NCBI GenBank assembly: GCA_951406725.2
Contig: OX597819.1
Coordinates: 98,766,001-98,830,000 of the forward strand
DNA: 64,000 nt
Direction of reading: 5' to 3'
Source: Octopus vulgaris
Taxonomy: Eukaryota
Shown here: in pieces, positions 23,624-38,345 of the stretch
Layout of the letters: each line of letters opens with the position of its first letter
Numbering within the stretch: position 1 is the first letter of the stretch
Notes under the pieces: model-generated
Told to the model about the DNA's origin: nothing
What the model saw: the letters and a program-made list of their open reading frames with translations, nothing else
The model's database searches: none
Made by a program: the position numbers and the translations under genes

Positions 23624-24949
23624 TATGTGTGTATGTGTGTCCGTACGTGTGTGTTTACCCTTGTGCATGTTTGTTGTTTTGCATGTGGATGTGTGTGTGT
23701 GTGTGTGTGTGTGCATGTGTGTGTGCGCGCGTATGCGCTGTGTTGTATTTTTCATTTATAATTTCCATTCAAAGCCTAACAAATTATTCACAACGGGTGT
23801 GTGTAATTACTCAACCATGTTGAATAAACCATGTTAGATGTGTTCATCCGAAATCAGTTTCGATTCAAAGTTGTATTCATTTTACTTCATTTATTTCACT
23901 TAGCTTTACTAAACTGAAATTCTTGTCTCTATGGAACTAATAATTTTGTTCCACGAAGAAGAGAACCAGAATTTCGAACGTAGAATTCTGCTAGGTACAG
24001 GTGCGAATGTTCTGCCAAAGAATTATCTTTTTCTCTGATAATCATGAAGTAGAGAAACATAAATATCTTTTGCCACGAATATCTGCCCGTCCTACCCGAC
24101 CCCACCACCTCTCTTTATTCATGTGTGCAGCTGTTATTTTGCAAGGTGGCATTATTGAACACTTTACGATGCATTAACAATGAAAGATCTAATCATAACA
24201 AGAAATGTTCTTGAAACATATTTACATCAATTATATTCTAGTTGTTGTAAAGCACAAAAGATATAACTCAAAATATCAGACTATCTTTCAAGGAGATGCA
24301 ATTATGCGCTACATAAAGGATCTATAAAGATTTCTTGAAAGTAATATATCGCGTGGAGTCTATACAGATCTTTTCAAAACTATTTACACAGAGAATCTGA
24401 AAGAATCTCTTTGTTCTATGTTTTCTTTAAACAATTGTTTCATGATACATTTCCAAGTACAAAATAATTCGCCGTGTTTGGAGGTTATAAGTTCTCACCA
24501 TATCTGCTTTGTAGGATTAAAAGAGTAATGGTACTAATGTTACCATCAATCATTTAGATAAAGCAATTCAATGATGCTTATGTGTTTCCATTTGATCTTC
24601 TTTTACCGTTTTCTCAACATTCAGAGTGTTTGGGGAATAATTATATTTCTTATTATCAAGAATCTTACTCCTTACATACATATCTCGTGATGCCAATTTC
24701 AGCAATGCAAGAGCATTAGTGTTTCAAAAATACATGTCAATAAAGATAAATAAAAATAAGGCATTTTTTTTATCAGTAGAAAATTGCCAATTTTGAAGGA
24801 AAACAAATGGTAGCTTAAGATATTAGTATATCTCATAAAGGTTTAGAAACAACACTGAAATGAGTTAGTTGCAACTGAAGTTCGACGCATATTGTAATTA
24901 TTATTCCCCATAAAAGTATGAATCTCGAGTAAAACAAACCCCAAAGCAC

Positions 24950-25250
24950 ATCTTCACATGGTAGACAACTGGACTAAGGTAGGTAACTTGACTGTGGGAG
25001 ACATCTGTTAGATGTCTGGGTTATTTCTATGATAACAGAGAAATGTCAGAAATCTGTTTCGTGATAGGCACCTAGGAAATGGTTGACAACCTAGTTATAG
25101 TAGACTGATAGACATCTGGGCATTGATAGGCGTCTGGATTATGATAGACATAATTTGAGCCATCTTAGATTTTTGATATACTTTATATATCAAACATCTG
25201 GCTATGATACACATCTGGGTTTAGAAGGTATCTGAGTTAGAAGATGTAGA
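24950..25250. repeat. Degenerate 18-19-bp minisatellite (about GGCTATGATAGACATCTG)
   Basis: Recurrent GATAGACATCTGG-like units. Confidence 0.6.
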
Positions 25251-25332
25251 CAGTATACAGTCACACGGAAGATTAATAGATTTAGTTCAACAGCGCCGAA
25301 GATTTGCCACTATAATAATCACATTTCCATTT

Positions 25333-26100
25333 ACAGTAGCGTCTACATTGCTAACTACACTACTTTATATACGATCACATGTATAACGTGATACACTACC
25401 ACCTGTACTGTCATATGTGCTATGTTCTATAGCATAACCGACACTATCGTCTACCCTATCATGTACACTATGATCTACGCTATCACGTACATTGTGATCT
25501 GTACCATTGACCGTTAACCAGGGCGGTTGTGTCTGTTGGAGGTGATGTGAGCTTATAAGGGTTGTGAGTGACAAACATCAAAGGGTGGGGCTAACGGTTC
25601 CTGGTTGTTTTTGAAGAAATGTTATGTCTAGACTAGGTACAACCTGTTATTAATATTTTCAGTATTATAAGGCAGCGAGCTGGCAGAAACTTTAGCACGC
25701 CAGGCGAAATGCTTAGCGGTATTTCGTCTGACTTTACGTTCCAAGTTCAAATTCTGCCGAGGTCAACTTTGCCTTCCATCCTTTTCGGGTCGATATATTA
25801 AGTACCAGTTCGATCTAATCGATTGGCTCCCTCCACAAAAATTTCGGGCCTTGTGCCTAGAATAGAAAAGAATATTTTCAGTACTGTCATCCACAGTACC
25901 ATCTACACTGCTACTTAAGTTAAAATCTACTCTGTCATATACAAATTCAGTTATACAATCACCTAGGTCACTCTCAATATCTTCTATTGTATCCTCTACA
26001 GTTTCATCTACACTATCAGCAACACTATTACCCACACTATAATTTATACTAATACCTAAAATATCGCCTACACTGCTAATATCTACACTATCGGTACAGT
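25333..26100. repeat. Degenerate 12-bp tandem array (about TCATCTACACTA) split by later insertions
   Basis: 12-bp phase at 25333-25510 and 25879-26100; gives DSVD-like peptide repeats on the minus strand. Confidence 0.7.
25669..25872 (+). mobile_element. SINE family B monomer
   Basis: AAGGCAGCGAGCTGGCAGAAAC...AGTTCAAATTCTGCCGAGG...GCCTTGTGCCTAGAATAGAAAAG. Confidence 0.9.
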
Positions 26101-26233
26101 TATAGTTTTGACGTTGTAACTGTTGTTCATTCATTCTCTGTTAACCAGTAGAAGTGAGTAATTGGCAATGTATTGACTTTTGGAACAGCTAACCCCACCC
26201 TGGGATTTGTGAAGCCATATTGTTTTATCTTTC

Positions 26234-26580
26234 ATTATTCACAACCATCGGAGCACAGTTCGTGAGATGGTTGTGATCTGTAAACAGTTTTGAATAGGAA
26301 CCGGAAAAAGACGAGTGAACACGCAATGTGCATGTGCACACTGAATTCGTAAAACGGAAGAGAAAAATAAAGACACAATGCGCATGTCAAAATAAAATGG
26401 AAGAAAAGAATTAAAATACAATGTCAAAAGTTATATGAAGGTCTGCATGCCACGGCTGACATCACAGTTACGCAGTTTTGCTGTAATTTTCTTGTTAAAT
26501 ATGTAACTTTACTATAAGAAAGTTTCAAAATTTCACGAACGTAACTAGCTTCAGAGGATGCTGGTTGGGTTAATAAGAAG
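26234..26580 (+). mobile_element. Possible Helentron-type non-autonomous element
   Basis: TTATT followed by an 11-bp hairpin TCACAACCATC/GATGGTTGTGA; right end uncertain. Confidence 0.35.
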
Positions 26581-27519
26581 ACGATGCAACAAAATCCATA
26601 GTTACTTTCATTAAAACAACAAACGACATCTTTCATTTGCAATCACATCAACAACAACAAGAATAATAATGATGTTTTCTTTTATTGCCATTTGAGCAAC
26701 CCAAGAAGAGGACTACATGCCACAAATCAGTGGGGGTTAATTGCAGCTCGTTGCCTGGTCCTAAATTAAAGAAATATGTTTGTTGTTAGAATATACGGTT
26801 AGAATATTTATTAAAAATGGTTGGCATTAACGTATGAAATTAGCATATCCACTCTCTTTCAGATATTTCCTATATTTTTACAGTTTATGGCAAATCAGTC
26901 GGAAAAATATATCAAAAGGAAAAGCAGTAGAAACCTTCATTTTAAAATTTTACAAATGTTTCGCTTCTAAAGAATTGTTCTGAAGATCGATAATTTTAAA
27001 AACAAATAAAAAAAAAATTCACCGAATAAACGATATTCGAAATTCCGATAATTTATTATAAAATTTGAACTTATGCATTCGAATTAACCCCTCTTTATAA
27101 CTTTCGTTAATTGGACACACATTTAATAAATACCTGTGAGGTGATCGAATCTATCAATCCATCATTTTATTAATTGTGCATCGATATTCGTTTGTATGAT
27201 CAGTTAGATTGGTTTGCGTTTCTGAATTCGCCTTGCCGTTGTTTTGTTTAAGTAACATTAAGATTAATTACTGATTTGTGTGCGGAGTTTTTCATTACAA
27301 CTCGTGTCCTCCTTCTCATCTTTCATCGCTGCCTCTCTCTGTCTCTCTCTTCATTCTTCTTCTCCTACTCTACTTCGTTATGCCAGCACCGTGGTGGAAT
27401 TATTGTTTTACTGTACCATTCTCATACACAATTGAGATAATACATTCTATAGAATGTATAAGTAATTTAATCAATGTATATTGAGACGAGCGGACAAGGC
27501 AAAAATGGCAAGATGCCTG

Positions 27520-27733
27520 AATTCGTACATGCATAATTATATCAATGTATACGTACATGAATGTACTCATAGACACACAAACATGCACGCACATACATAC
27601 TGCTACATATGCGCACACGTACACGCATATTGTATATATATTTTGTATATTATATATATGTTATATATATATACATATGTATATATTTTATTTGTATGTA
27701 TAAAAATGTATACACATATACATATATTATATA

Positions 27734-27789
<56 letters not shown>

Positions 27790-27945
27790 TTTTTATCTGT
27801 ACGTATAAAGATGTATACAGACACATACATACATACATACATACATACATACATACATACATACACATACATATATATATAGATATGTTTGTGTATATAT
27901 ATATATGATTATATATTTTTATTTTATATATACATAAATATGTAG

Positions 27946-27990
<45 letters not shown>

Positions 27991-28320
27991 CGTGTGTGTT
28001 TGTGTGTGTATATGGACACACATACACATGTACAAACATATGTATCTATGTATTCACCTACACACAAACACAAATATATATGTTTATTATTTTGTAATAA
28101 TATAGATTATTAGATATCGAATTCTCCCTACGTACACCTACGACCTGGACATTGATACTGGACTTTGATAAGGAATATTGTATTATCACAAAAGAATAAT
28201 ATACATATACATACACATGCATACACGCGGGTGCGCACGCACACATACGCTCACACTCACACACATACTCGCATACACACATACGCTCACACTCACACAC
28301 ATACTCGCATACACACATAT
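27520..28320. repeat. Compound (TA)n/(CATA)n/(CA)n microsatellite field
   Basis: Direct reading. Confidence 0.9.
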
Positions 28321-28419
28321 TAGCTGTATAGTAATTAAACGGTACACCGAAACACCTCCCCGGTCTGTAAGTAGACGGCGTGGTTAAGGCAAAGGTTTCA
28401 CTGCAGCTAGTATGAAATA

Positions 28420-28800
28420 GAGGATCGACGAAATTTTATTTTCTATGAAAGTCTGTTCAGTATTTGCTTACTGTATCCTTTCTGTTGAAAGATTGCGATC
28501 ACACTACGTATGGAAATATGATGAAAAACATGGAAGGCTTGATCAAATTTACATAAATGTATTTTAGTCTATTTTGTATATGCTTAAGTATTTCCTATGC
28601 TGACGATATGATGGGGTAATTGGTTTGCTGGTAGTGCTTATTGAAATGTTCACAGCTGTCCGCTTATTTTTAGACATACTGTCTCTTCCTTAATGGTATG
28701 CATGTAGGTTTTGAGAACTTTTGATTCTTGAGATTATTTAGCCTCCTTATTTCGAATTGGTACCAATTGCTATTAAGCAATTGGTCTACTCTTTAGATAA
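28420..28800 (-). mobile_element. Possible decayed Penelope GIY-YIG C-terminal remnant
   Basis: Fragmentary IHLC / FIIFPY / EQTFIE peptides in the expected order, frameshifted. Confidence 0.3.
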
Positions 28801-29078
28801 ATCAAGCATTTATCTGCATAACATTTAATAATCTCTTGTTCGTTTTTGTTGTATATGTATGTACATATATTTATGTATATAAACATATATATGTATGTAT
28901 GAGTATGTATATATATGTATGTATGAGTATGTATATATATGTATGTATGAGTATGTATATATATATATATCTGTAAAATAATATGACAGATAAATTTCCT
29001 CTATTTACATAATATTGAGGTCTCTGTCTTTCTTTTGTTATCTTACCGTTTACCAATATATATATATATATATATATA

Positions 29079-29348
29079 AGTGGAGGTGCAATGGCCCAGT
29101 GGTTAGGGCAGTGGACTCGCGGTTTCGATTCCCAGACCTGGCGTTGTGAGTGTTTATTGAGCGAAAACACCTAAAGCTCCACGACTCCAGCAGGGGGGTG
29201 GGGTGATCCCTGCTGTACTCTTTCGCCACAACTTTCTCTCACTCTTCCGTTGGCATGCTCGCTAAACCAGCGGGGTGGCATCATATGGAGGCTAAAACAA
29301 TGTGAAGCGTATTGTGGCAACATCTAATAGCCTGGTCGGTCACGGTGA
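29079..29348 (+). mobile_element. SINE head E + tail 3
   Basis: A box TGGCCCAGTGG, B box GTTTCGATTCC, same middle module as 13768-14054 but a different 3' tail; inserted in (TA)n. Confidence 0.85.
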
Positions 29349-29489
29349 TATATATATATATATATATAAAATTTGTTTATGGGAAACGTTTTGAATATTC
29401 AAATATAGCTCCTGTTCTATGTAGGATAAAAATAATAACAATAACCGCGCGTAGCGATACATGAAATGTTTATGAATTCCATCCAAGGA

Positions 29490-29656
<167 letters not shown>

Positions 29657-30190
29657 GTTTGTTTGTGACGTTGTTAGCTAACTCCTACATCATTTTATTG
29701 ATTTTGATGAAACTTGACACGTGAGTAGAATTTATGTCTGGAAACCTCGTGACATACTCAGATTGTTGAAAAACTCGATAATGCGGCCCCTGGAAGGGAC
29801 CTTTATATCTACCTCGTATAACTAATCTTTTAAACACCCAATGGAAATAACCCATAGCACCTGTACAATATTCTTTTAAACACTCAAGGGAAATAAACCA
29901 GTTCATTGTTTATGTTCGATTATTTTGAATGTTGATTTTTTGTGTGTCCTGTTTCTAATTTTTGCAGACAATATCACTTTTATAATTTATTTGACACGTG
30001 AGAAGAACTCTTGTCTGGAAACCTTGTGACATACTTACATTGTTGAAAAAAAATCGATAATGGGACCCTTCCAATGGATCCTTCAATCGACTACAAATCA
30101 CTAATATTTTATTTAAACAACCCAAAGGAAATAACCCATACCACCTGCAGATTTTAGCGAAGCGATCAATATTTGATTCTCACGATCAGC
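29657..30190 (+). mobile_element. Helentron/HINE-like element with internal 277-bp-period duplication
   Basis: GTTTGTTTGT...TAACTCC...GATTTTGATGAAACTTGACAC; unit repeated at 29714 and 29991. Confidence 0.5.
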
Positions 30191-30294
30191 CAACCTAATT
30201 CTGAATTTCACTATTCATAGTTTTGAACTGCTAAACATTATTATTGCACTTCCTTAATTTGAATCTTAAACTTTAAAGACTTCATTCATACATT

Positions 30295-30800
30295 TCTATA
30301 CATACATCCTTTCTTGAATGTCCATTACTCCGATAATTCTGCATTTTTACAGTTACACTTTTTCCATGACAATATTTTATTCCACAACGTATTTGCAGTG
30401 GCTTCATGCAGGCATAGCGTGGATTCGATCCTCGATTGTCAAATTTCACTTAACACTTCAACAGCGCTTTTCTCACGGTAAAACAATAGTTTTTCTGTGA
30501 ATGACAGCAGTTATACATTTTCCAGATGCCTTCGCTAAGCAGAATAATGTCTTTGTCTCTCGCCAATCTCCGACAACCTCTCTCACCAACCTCCGACAAT
30601 CTTTCTCGCCAACCTCCGAAAACCTCTCTCACCAATCTCCAACAATCTTTCCCGCCTCCAGCTGACAGTTTTTTGTACTTTTTCGTAGCGGAAAATACAC
30701 CTTTTGTAGCAGTTGTAACGAAATTGCTTTCTTATATCATAGTAATAAGGCGTTTCAATAGAACATCTTTACCCCCGGGAATTACTGGGTACACCAGCTA

Positions 30801-30801
<1 letters not shown>
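30295..30801 (+). mobile_element. Non-autonomous Helitron with internal 23-bp minisatellite
   Basis: 5' TCTATAC (tentative); 3' hairpin CCCGG..CTGGG then CTAG/T; 23-bp unit about 4.4 times at 30556-30657. Confidence 0.55.
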
Positions 30802-30843
<42 letters not shown>

Positions 30844-30848
30844 TACGC

Positions 30849-30903
<55 letters not shown>

Positions 30904-31031
30904 TAAATGAGGGTGAAAAATTAGATATTAATTTAATAATAAATATTAATTTAATAATACCGTCAGTTTAACACCAAGTGGCCTAGCACATAGAAACCAG
31001 GGAGACAGTACAAATTTATATATACGTTAAC

Positions 31032-31122
<91 letters not shown>

Positions 31123-32659
31123 TTATATATATATATATATATACACGCAGACGCACAATTTTATACATACTGCAGATACTAAAGGTGCGTGGTCTTGTCG
31201 TTAAGGTATTCGGCGTGTTTATGTATACAGCTTACTATCATAACACTGACTAAGATACAGTAGAAATACTGGCCGCGCCATCAAAATTGAGAGCACAACA
31301 CATTAGAAACATTTAAGACAGAACCAATTACTAAACGAGGATGAACACAATAACCACAGGTTTCATACCCTGGTGATTATAAATACATTCTATGCGTGTT
31401 ATTTCTCGGTCCATTATCAGTTTAAGATATCGAAGTAAGGTTACATAAAGGGGAAGAAATTGCTAGATTATTTGTTCAACTGAGGGTTTTCTGGCGCCAT
31501 TTGAAGCAGACAATAGTTTGTAAGTCCCTATAACTGAATGTATACACTAGTATTATCTTTATAATCGAATATTGATGATGATGATGATGATGATGATAAT
31601 GATGGTAGTAGTAGTAGTTGTGGTGGTAATGGTGATAGTAGTGATGGTGATGATGATGATGATGATGATGATAATACATTATTATATCTATATATGTGTC
31701 TATGAATGGATGCGTTGTGTGCGAATACTAACGCACTTTCACACGTGCATACGCACATAATAGCGCGCGCACACACACACATATACCCGCCTATTTTGCC
31801 AGTTCTTATAAATTGCTTAGATGCCACATACTCATACATGCGTGTAGACACATCTACATTTATATACTTCTATTCACGTTTATATACATACTGACGTATA
31901 AACATACCCAATCTTATTATATTCACACAGATATTCAGGTAGTAAAATATGCACACGCTCTGATGCACTGACGCATACACATCAATGTATAAAGTCATGC
32001 ACCGCAATACATCTATCTTTATCATACGCACGTCTATAGATAGCATAAGGAAGAAAGAGAGAAAATGTGAGCAGAGTATAGATTAATAGTTATAAAAAAG
32101 ATAAATATACTGAAAGATAGGTTTCACCAATTTATATGTTAATACCAATTATTAAATCAATTTGCCGCAAGATTGTCTAACATTAAAAAAGTTAAAACAC
32201 ACAAATAAAAAGATGGGATAAAAAAAAAACGAGGGAAAAGAAGTTAAAACCATAGTGTGATTATCATAACCGTGATTGACGATGAATTAGACGAGAAAAA
32301 TGGCGCCATTACCGATCTGTGTCGTCTGCTGATAGAAGGGAGAGAAAAATGACTTAATGCGCCATTGTGGTACCTGATGTTACAGTTCTTTGAAGATAGA
32401 AACTGAGAGAGAAATAATTTTGTACTTGGCGAGCGTTCACTGCTTATTTGTAAATATTTCTTAGCCATTTTAGTGGAAGGGTATGCAGTATTATGGAGAT
32501 CGAATTCACGTCTCTGAGGAAACTTCCTAATGATGGTGCTGATAAAAATATTCCTTTATTTCTATTAATAACACAAAACACGAAGCACAGAAAAATCCTT
32601 TATTGCAACAATAGCTATACTATTTATGAAAATGTACGAAAATGTTTGTAATACATGTA

Positions 32660-32746
32660 AGTATGTATGTATGTATGTATGTATGTATGTATGTATGTAT
32701 GTATGTATGTATGTATGTATGTATGTATGTATGTATGTATGTGTGC

Positions 32747-32827
<81 letters not shown>

Positions 32828-32930
32828 CAGAGACAAATGTATATATACATACATTTCTGTATATATGTGCACTTAAACATATGCATTTAATATATATATA
32901 CATATTTATATGTGCAAATGTGTGTGTGTG

Positions 32931-32976
<46 letters not shown>

Positions 32977-32980
32977 TACA
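32660..32980. repeat. Compound (GTAT)n(GT)n(AT)n(AG)n microsatellite
   Basis: Direct reading. Confidence 0.95.
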
Positions 32981-33007
32981 GCGCATAAATGTATACACGT
33001 GTGTTTA

Positions 33008-33355
33008 TAGGAGCAGTATGGCTGAACGGTTGGAAAATATGCTTTTGCATCACCTGTTCCCACTTTCACTCTCACTGCGTTATATCTTGGGCTAGTATCA
33101 TTTTCTATACCCTTAAGTTGACCGATACCGTGTGAGTGAAACTGGGAAAACTCCATAAAAGACCATTGAATAGGAGTTGAACATTTTACCTGTAGTCCAA
33201 CAAACTTAATCATACTCTGTGTTGCGCTGATTCTACAAGGAAATTACACAAAGGATACACGTACCTGCAGAATGCTCAGTCACTTACACAGTAATTCATG
33301 AGATATCAGTTGACTGAACAACTGCATCCACATCATTGATCGAGGGGAATACACC
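33008..33355 (+). mobile_element. Old SINE, head C + tail 1
   Basis: Decayed C-type head joined to CTCTGTGTTGCGCTGA...GGATACACGT...GAATGCTCAGTCAC (tail 1 as in 109-428). Confidence 0.6.
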
Positions 33356-33562
33356 AAAACAACCACTTCCACTGCCGCTAAGCATTTCGCCCGGCATTCG
33401 GGTCTGATAAAATAAAGTACCAGTCAAGTACTAGGGTCGACATAATCGAATAACTCAGCATTCCAAAAATATTTCTGATCTCGAGCCTAAATCATAAAGC
33501 TTTGGTTGTCCAATCATTCCGATTTAATGAGACTGGACTAGTAGTTTATATGTATCGTACCC

Positions 33563-33964
33563 TTTTACTCTTTTACTTGTTTCAGTCATTTGACTGCGGC
33601 CATGCTGGAGCACTGCCTTTAGTCGAGCAAATCGACCCCAGAACTTATTCTTTGTAAGCCTAGTACTTATTCTATCGGTCTCTTTCTGCCAAACCGCCAA
33701 GTTACGGGGATGTAAACACACCAGCATCGGTTGTCAAGCGATGTTAGGGGGACAACCGCAGACACACAAACACACACACTCACATATATATACATATACA
33801 TATATACGACGGGCTTCTTTCAGTTTCCGTCTACCAAATCCACTCACAAGGCTTTGGTCATCCCGAGGCTATAGTAGAATACACTTGCTCAAGGTGCCAC
33901 GCAGTGGGACTGAACCCGGAACCGTGTGTTTGGTAAGCAAGCTACTTACCACACAGCCACTCCT
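33563..33964 (-). mobile_element. SINE family C
   Basis: Near full-length reverse complement of 12234-12641. Confidence 0.92.
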
Positions 33965-34187
33965 TGTGAAAATGGTTGCTTGTTGGACGAGGCTGAAAAG
34001 TTTAAGGACAAACACTTTCCTTTTCGGTCAAGCCTCCATCAAGCTCTACTTGAAAGAGAAAGTAAGGGTGCAGAGGGAAGCAATTACTTTCAGCGAATTT
34101 TGTTAAAAAGTGTCTTGGGGCTGTGGCAAAAATGCTTATGGTGAAGGAATTTCTTTAAGCGTAACAGCAAAAATACTTTATTCTAGT

Positions 34188-34592
34188 CTTTTACTTGTTT
34201 CAGTCATATGATTGTGACCATACTGGAGCACCGCTTTTAGTCGAACAAATCGACCCCAGGACTTATTCTTTGTAAGCCTCGTACTTATTCTATCGGTCTC
34301 TTTTACCGAACCGCTAAGTTACGGGGACGTAAAAACACTAGTATCGGTTGTCAAGCGATGTTGGTGGGGGACAAAAACAGACACACAAACACACACACAC
34401 ACACACACACACGCGCGCGCGCACACAGTCACACACACACATATATATACGATGGGCTTCTTTCAGTTTCCGTCTACCAAATCCACTCACAAGGCTTTGG
34501 TCAGCCCGAAGCTATAGTAGAAGACACTTGCCCAAGGTGCCACGCAGTGGGAATGAACCCGGGACCGTGTGGGTCGTAAGCAAGTGTTACCA
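34188..34592 (-). mobile_element. SINE family C
   Basis: Near full-length copy with longer internal (CA)n/(CG)n. Confidence 0.92.
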
Positions 34593-35752
34593 TATTTTTA
34601 TATATCGTGTATTTTTGTATATCGTCTTCCTCTAATTTCTCCCCACCTTATTCTTTTTACCCCACCCATTTTATGTAACCTGTCTTCGTAATGTCCTCCA
34701 CAGCTGATGCTCCTATGGCGAATAAAAGAAATCATCATTATCATCATCATCATCATCATCATCGTCGTCGTCGTCGTCGTTGTCGTGGTAGTGATAGTGG
34801 TGGTGATGGTGGTGGTGGTTTCTCTTTTTATGTGCAATCACCTAAGATATACGTTATCTGTCTCACCCACCGTATATCTCTAGACATGTTGCAATGATGT
34901 CAGAAACATCGTTGTCAGATGTCAAACAGCTTTCTTCAGCCATCTTTAAAAGGTTTCTCTAAATCTGATAATTTAAAACGGGTTCTTTGCCGTTACTGTT
35001 GTTGTTGTTGTTGTTGTTGTTATTGCCGCTGTTGCATTCGCTGTAGTTAATTTTCTTGTTCTTGTTGCTGCTATTTCTGTTCTTCGTGTTGCCTTTGTTT
35101 TATTGTTGTTGTAGTTGTTGCTGTTAGTGTAGTTGTTGCAGATTATATTACTACTGTTTGTTACTGATAATTTTGTTGCAGTTATTTTTACCATTCTTGT
35201 GATTGTTGCTGCTGCTACTGCTACTGCTGCTGTTGCTCTTTTTGTAGTTAATGAAGTTGTTGATGTTGCTGCTGTTGTTACTACTACTGCTGCTGCTGTA
35301 AATATTGTTGTTGTTGTTGTTGTTTATACAACTATACAATCAATGGGTATTTATTACGGCTTGTTTCCATAATCTTATATATTTAGTATTTTTATATCTA
35401 CCTAAATTTCTCAAAATTTCTCACCAACTTATTACCTTTACTCTCTGACTCTTCCTTTCTCTCTCTCTCTCTTCTTCCTCTCTTTCTTTTCTTAATCCAT
35501 ATACCATTTACCCTCAATAATTTTCCCGTATATATATATATCCCTCTTCCCTCATCTCACTTCCCTCTCGCTATTTCCATTAGACACCATGAGCCAGCCA
35601 CCATAGCCCACTTCCCCTCCTGCACTCTTACGTTATATCACTTCTCAACCGCACCCTTTTATCTTACGCCCCCACTATCATAAACTATCACCCCCTCATC
35701 TACATCAACCTGACTATTTCTTCTTAACACTGCCTCAAACACCTTATTCACC

Positions 35753-36060
35753 CTTCTTCTTCTTCTTCTTCTTCTTCTTCTTCTTCTTCTTCTTCTTCTT
35801 CTTCTTCTTCTTCTTCTTCTTCTTCTTCTTCTTCTTCTTCTTCTTCGTCTTCTTCTTCTTCTTCTTCTTCTTCTTCTTCTTCTTGTTCTTCTTTTTCTTC
35901 TTCTTGTTCTTCGTCTTCTTCTTCTTGTTCTTCTTGTTCTTGTTCTTGTTCTTCTTGTTCTTGTTCTTGTTCTTCTTGTTCTTGTTCTTCTTGTTCTTGT
36001 TCTTGTTCTTCTTGTTCTTCTTTTTCTTCTTCTTCTCTTCCTCCTCCTCCTCCTCCCCTC
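35753..36060. repeat. (TTC)n grading into (TTC/TTG)n and (CCT)n
   Basis: About 31 uninterrupted TTC units at 35753-35846 inside a larger pyrimidine-rich domain. Confidence 0.97.
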
Positions 36061-36370
36061 CTCTCTTTTTAAGCTCTTTTCCCCCTCTCTCTTCTTAAGC
36101 TCTTCTCTCTATCTCTCACTCACCCTTCATCTCTTCCTTATTCTATATCGCCTCTGTCTGTCACTCTCCTTCTATCTCATCTTCTCTCATGTGTATTCAT
36201 ATTCTTAATATATCTTCTCCCTTCACCTTCATACCTCTCCTCTCCTGTACGCGTATTCTTGCTCTACAGCTTTCCTCTCACTACATATCTCTTTCAATCT
36301 CACCTTACACATTTTTTCTCCGTCTCCTTCTATATCATCCATTGCACCTAAGCCGTAGATATTTACTCTC

Positions 36371-36372
<2 letters not shown>

Positions 36373-36429
<57 letters not shown>

Positions 36430-36557
36430 GTCTGTCTGTCAGTTTGTCTGACTGTCTGTCTGTCTGTCCATGTATGTGTGTATGTATGTATGCATGTATG
36501 TATGTATGTATGTATGTATGTATGTATGTATGTATGTATGTATGTATGTATGTATGA

Positions 36558-36638
<81 letters not shown>

Positions 36639-36645
36639 ACTATCT
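36373..36645. repeat. (TATC)n(TGTC)n(TATG)n(TATC)n microsatellite
   Basis: Direct reading. Confidence 0.97.
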
Positions 36646-37410
36646 ATAATAATATATAGTAATATTCCCAATATATTTACATTATATTGGATCCGATATA
36701 GCTACTCCGTTTATTCGTCGTATAATTTATTTTGTCATTACGACCTCTTCTGCCAACCATCCCCCCCACAAAACAAATTGAGTGACGGTAAGGTTAGAAG
36801 TGGGCGGTGCTAAAAGAAACTTTACGGTTTTCTTTCTTTCTTTCTTTTTTCCTTCTTTCCTTCCTTTCTTTCTCAATCTTGAAGTATCCTTAACACACAC
36901 AAACACACATCCACAATCCTTCTATCACCTTTTTCGTTCTATTTCATTTCTTTAAAGCAATTTTACAACTAAAATAGATAGAAATATATAAATAGAGAAA
37001 TAATTGAAGAAAAAATAGATAGAAAGATAGACAGGTAGCAAAAAGAAGAGAACAAGAGGAATAGAACCTGATATGGAGATATATTTATATATCCCAGTGT
37101 GTTAAACGTAATTCCGTGTTTGCTTTTAAGAAATGGAAGCCCTTCAAATAACGCACGGCTTATGCGATACGTACAGGCTTAACTAAATGCACATACATAT
37201 ACAGGAGATACACGCACAAAATCACACACCACAGAGTAGTAATATATATATTTACACATAAGCACACGTACTTCTATTCAGTAATATGGACGTTAATCTA
37301 ACAACGAGCATTATCCCTCGATTCAATTCTCACGTTGAACTTCTATTTTCAATAAATATATCATACATATATGCTACTTCATTTTAGCTAAATGTGACAC
37401 CATGTGTTGC

Positions 37411-37600
<190 letters not shown>

Positions 37601-38035
37601 CATATTTCTGCATGTTTTTCTGTTTGCCTCACTATACACACACACACATACACACACACAAACACACACATATATATATATATGTATAATATATTATATG
37701 TACATATTACATACATATACATACATATTTTGCCAATGAAAAATTCCTTACGCTCTGCCCCTTTATGTACAAATGCCAGAAAGAGTCGCTCAGTATCTAA
37801 GATAGATTCAGTAGAAATAGAAAGAAACCGAAAGTAATTCAAACAATTTACAACGCCATTACATTGAATTTTGCGTTAACGCTTTTACATTGCATTAAGG
37901 TTTGTATAAAATCTTACCTAGGTCTTATGCATTTAATTATCATGAAGCTTAAAGTACTGAAGTATAGAGATTTCGAAGGCTCAAACACACATACATACAT
38001 ATATATGTATGTATGTGTGTTTGTGTGCGTGTGTA

Positions 38036-38153
<118 letters not shown>

Positions 38154-38189
38154 TATACATATATATATAATATATTTTTTATATATATA

Positions 38190-38345
38190 TAGGGAGAGTT
38201 TACGAAAAACACAAAAGACGAAGACAGGTGATGAACAAAACAAACAGATGTATTAGTATAACGCTCAGGAATAGAAAAAGCCTTTTACGTTCCGAGCCTA
38301 CGCTCTTCTACAGAAAGGGACACAGAAAAAAAACAAGGAAAGAAA
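38190..38345 (-). mobile_element. Penelope-like pLTR remnant with hammerhead-like motif, in (TA)n
   Basis: Minus strand CTTT-CTGTAGA-A-GAGC(gtag)GCTC-GGAACGT-A-AAAG at 38282-38317. Confidence 0.6.
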
